Below are positions 62,424 through 64,000 of a stretch of 64,000 nt of DNA, piece by piece; position 1 is the stretch's first letter; each line of letters starts with the position of its first letter. The stretch spans positions 1,125,410 through 1,189,409 of the forward strand of contig NW_003314265.1 of assembly GCF_000143415.4 (NCBI RefSeq), read 5' to 3'. The position numbers and the translations under genes were made by a program. The stretch is from Selaginella moellendorffii (lineage: Eukaryota; Plantae; Lycopodiophyta). The notes under the pieces are model-generated. The model ran no database searches, was not told the DNA's origin, and saw nothing but the letters and a program-made list of their open reading frames with translations.

Positions 62424-64000
62424 TTGGCAATGCGGAGGAACTAAATTCCTCAATTGTGATTTGTAGCATGCTTTAAGTATAAGTTGGTGCACCGCGTGAG
62501 AAGTCATGCTAGGCATCCTAGGAGATGCCATCCGAAAATGCATATACGGAGGTTGGGTTCAAGTCCCAACCCTCTAGTGCTTGGGTTCGAGTCCCAACTC
62601 ACTTGGGCGTGGTGATGGGTTGGAATATGAGGACACTCATTTTTCAGTGGTCATGGACTCTTAGTAAAGAGACTAGCTTGGGCACACTGCCAAGCGGGGG
62701 ATTCCCCGAAGTTGTGATGCACAGTTAAATTGCTTAGTGTGGCTCGGCATATTTAACTTGAACACTTTGGTGCGAGTGGCACCAAGGATGTGGTGAAGGA
62801 GATGGGGATACCCAGTCTCAATTGCTATGGACCCTTGGCTAGAAGGGCTGGTTTGGGTGCACCACTAAGTGTGGGGGATGCCCCCAAGGTTATGGTGAAC
62901 AACTTAAAGGTCTGGAAAATTTAATACCTATTGGCAAACCTGTTAAGGTGCCAAGGTTAGATCACTAGGTGATCTTATGGCTAAAACAAGAAAAAAGTTC
63001 TTGTGAGGTTAAGGATTAAAGTTCTTAGTTCAAAGTGTTGATTTGAACTATAGATGATGGTGTGGCTTGGTCAAAATGAGTAAGTGGGAAGAACACCTAA
63101 AGGAAATGAACTGTGACAATGTAATGGCATAGTGAGTCCGAAGAAAGTAGTCTCTATAAGAGACTCATGGGAGGGTCATAAAGTTGGGCCATGGATAAAG
63201 CCCATAGTAGAAAATGCTAAAGAGATGTACTAGGGGTGAACACCCTCTGGACTTGGCAAAACAAAGTCTTTGCTATGGAACCAAAAGAATACCTCAAAAA
63301 TGGAGGTAGTGATCTTATATTGTTGGATGCAACCATCAAGGATAGGAGCAAAAGACTAGTGGCTAAAAAAAGAGCCATGGGAATCATGGAACAAAACCCA
63401 AATGGCAAAGTTAGGTAAGAATATTAATGTGTTAGATGCTAACAGATTATGAGAAAGGTAATGTGTTTTCAAGGATGGATTCCTAATTGCTTTGATTTAG
63501 TGAAGGTGAAAGCTCCAAAGGAGGGAGCAGTAAAGCAGCCAAATGATAGGACCGTGAACAGCTCTAGCACAAATTATGATAACTAGAACTTAGTGCCAAT
63601 GGTGGTATGAAATAGAAGAGAGGATGATGGTGCCCTCAAGTAGAGGATTTTCTAGGATGGGGAAGTGGAGTTGCACAATATGTGCAATGTAAGGTGTCAG
63701 AAACACCTAGGAAATTGACTCTAAGAAGTTAAAACTAAAAGTTCCAAAGTGCAAAGGTTATATTGATGGAAACTGAGACTACTCGAGAATGAGTAGTAGG
63801 ATTGAGATAGAGAAGGTGTCTCTAACAGGTTTAATAAGAATTAAACCAATAAAAGGAGAGAACCACTACAAGTGGTTGAATGAGTCTCTAAGTTGGAGAG
63901 ACTATGCTCCTTAGAGGATTGGCAAGGTATGTGAGCCCTCAATATCAACTATGACGATGGCCAGGCTCAGAGCGCCCGAAACCTGGGACCTTTTCTTTTT
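62424..64000 (-). mobile_element. Decayed L1-type LINE, endonuclease end and RT start
   Basis: Relics GAFTF and LLASN, PPF/FE..FW near 63260-63300, and P..ILKACYK (RPI.LLN..YK-like) near 62460-62490. Confidence 0.5.

Overview
Eukaryotic plant nuclear DNA, most consistent with the lycophyte Selaginella. This is an inference from the many 50-70 nt introns, very tight gene spacing, S-rich PLS-type PPR gene and DBD-less ARF. Positions 1-16,600 are a rearranged repeat zone. It holds a transposase-like pseudogene, a truncated NEMF/Rqc2 pseudogene with an 87-bp micro-inversion, two tail-to-tail Copia remnants and a three-arm ~1 kb inverted/fold-back repeat. Positions 17,200-55,300 are a compact gene-rich block. 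In order it contains a GDSL lipase, tRNA-Val(UAC), organellar bL19, a non-canonical ARF with a chain of uORFs, a candidate TM microprotein, a LON/RING protein, degenerate C48-protease-like copies and a YODA/MAPKKK-alpha-type kinase. It continues with a MITE, a small Cys-motif protein, two PPR genes (one fused to a DUF3820-like domain), a 66-nt tRNA-like element, PLD-alpha, APO, a JmjC oxygenase and a root-cap protein. Positions 56,900-64,000 are a decayed L1-type LINE and two related minisatellite-bearing LTRs; one is a solo LTR inside the LINE with a TTGGC target-site duplication. The best novelty candidates are the minimal tRNA-like RNA at 46361-46426, the DUF3820-like/PPR fusion and the stop-start-coupled uORF chain ahead of the ncARF. 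All family assignments come from motif recognition by eye; no database searches were run.
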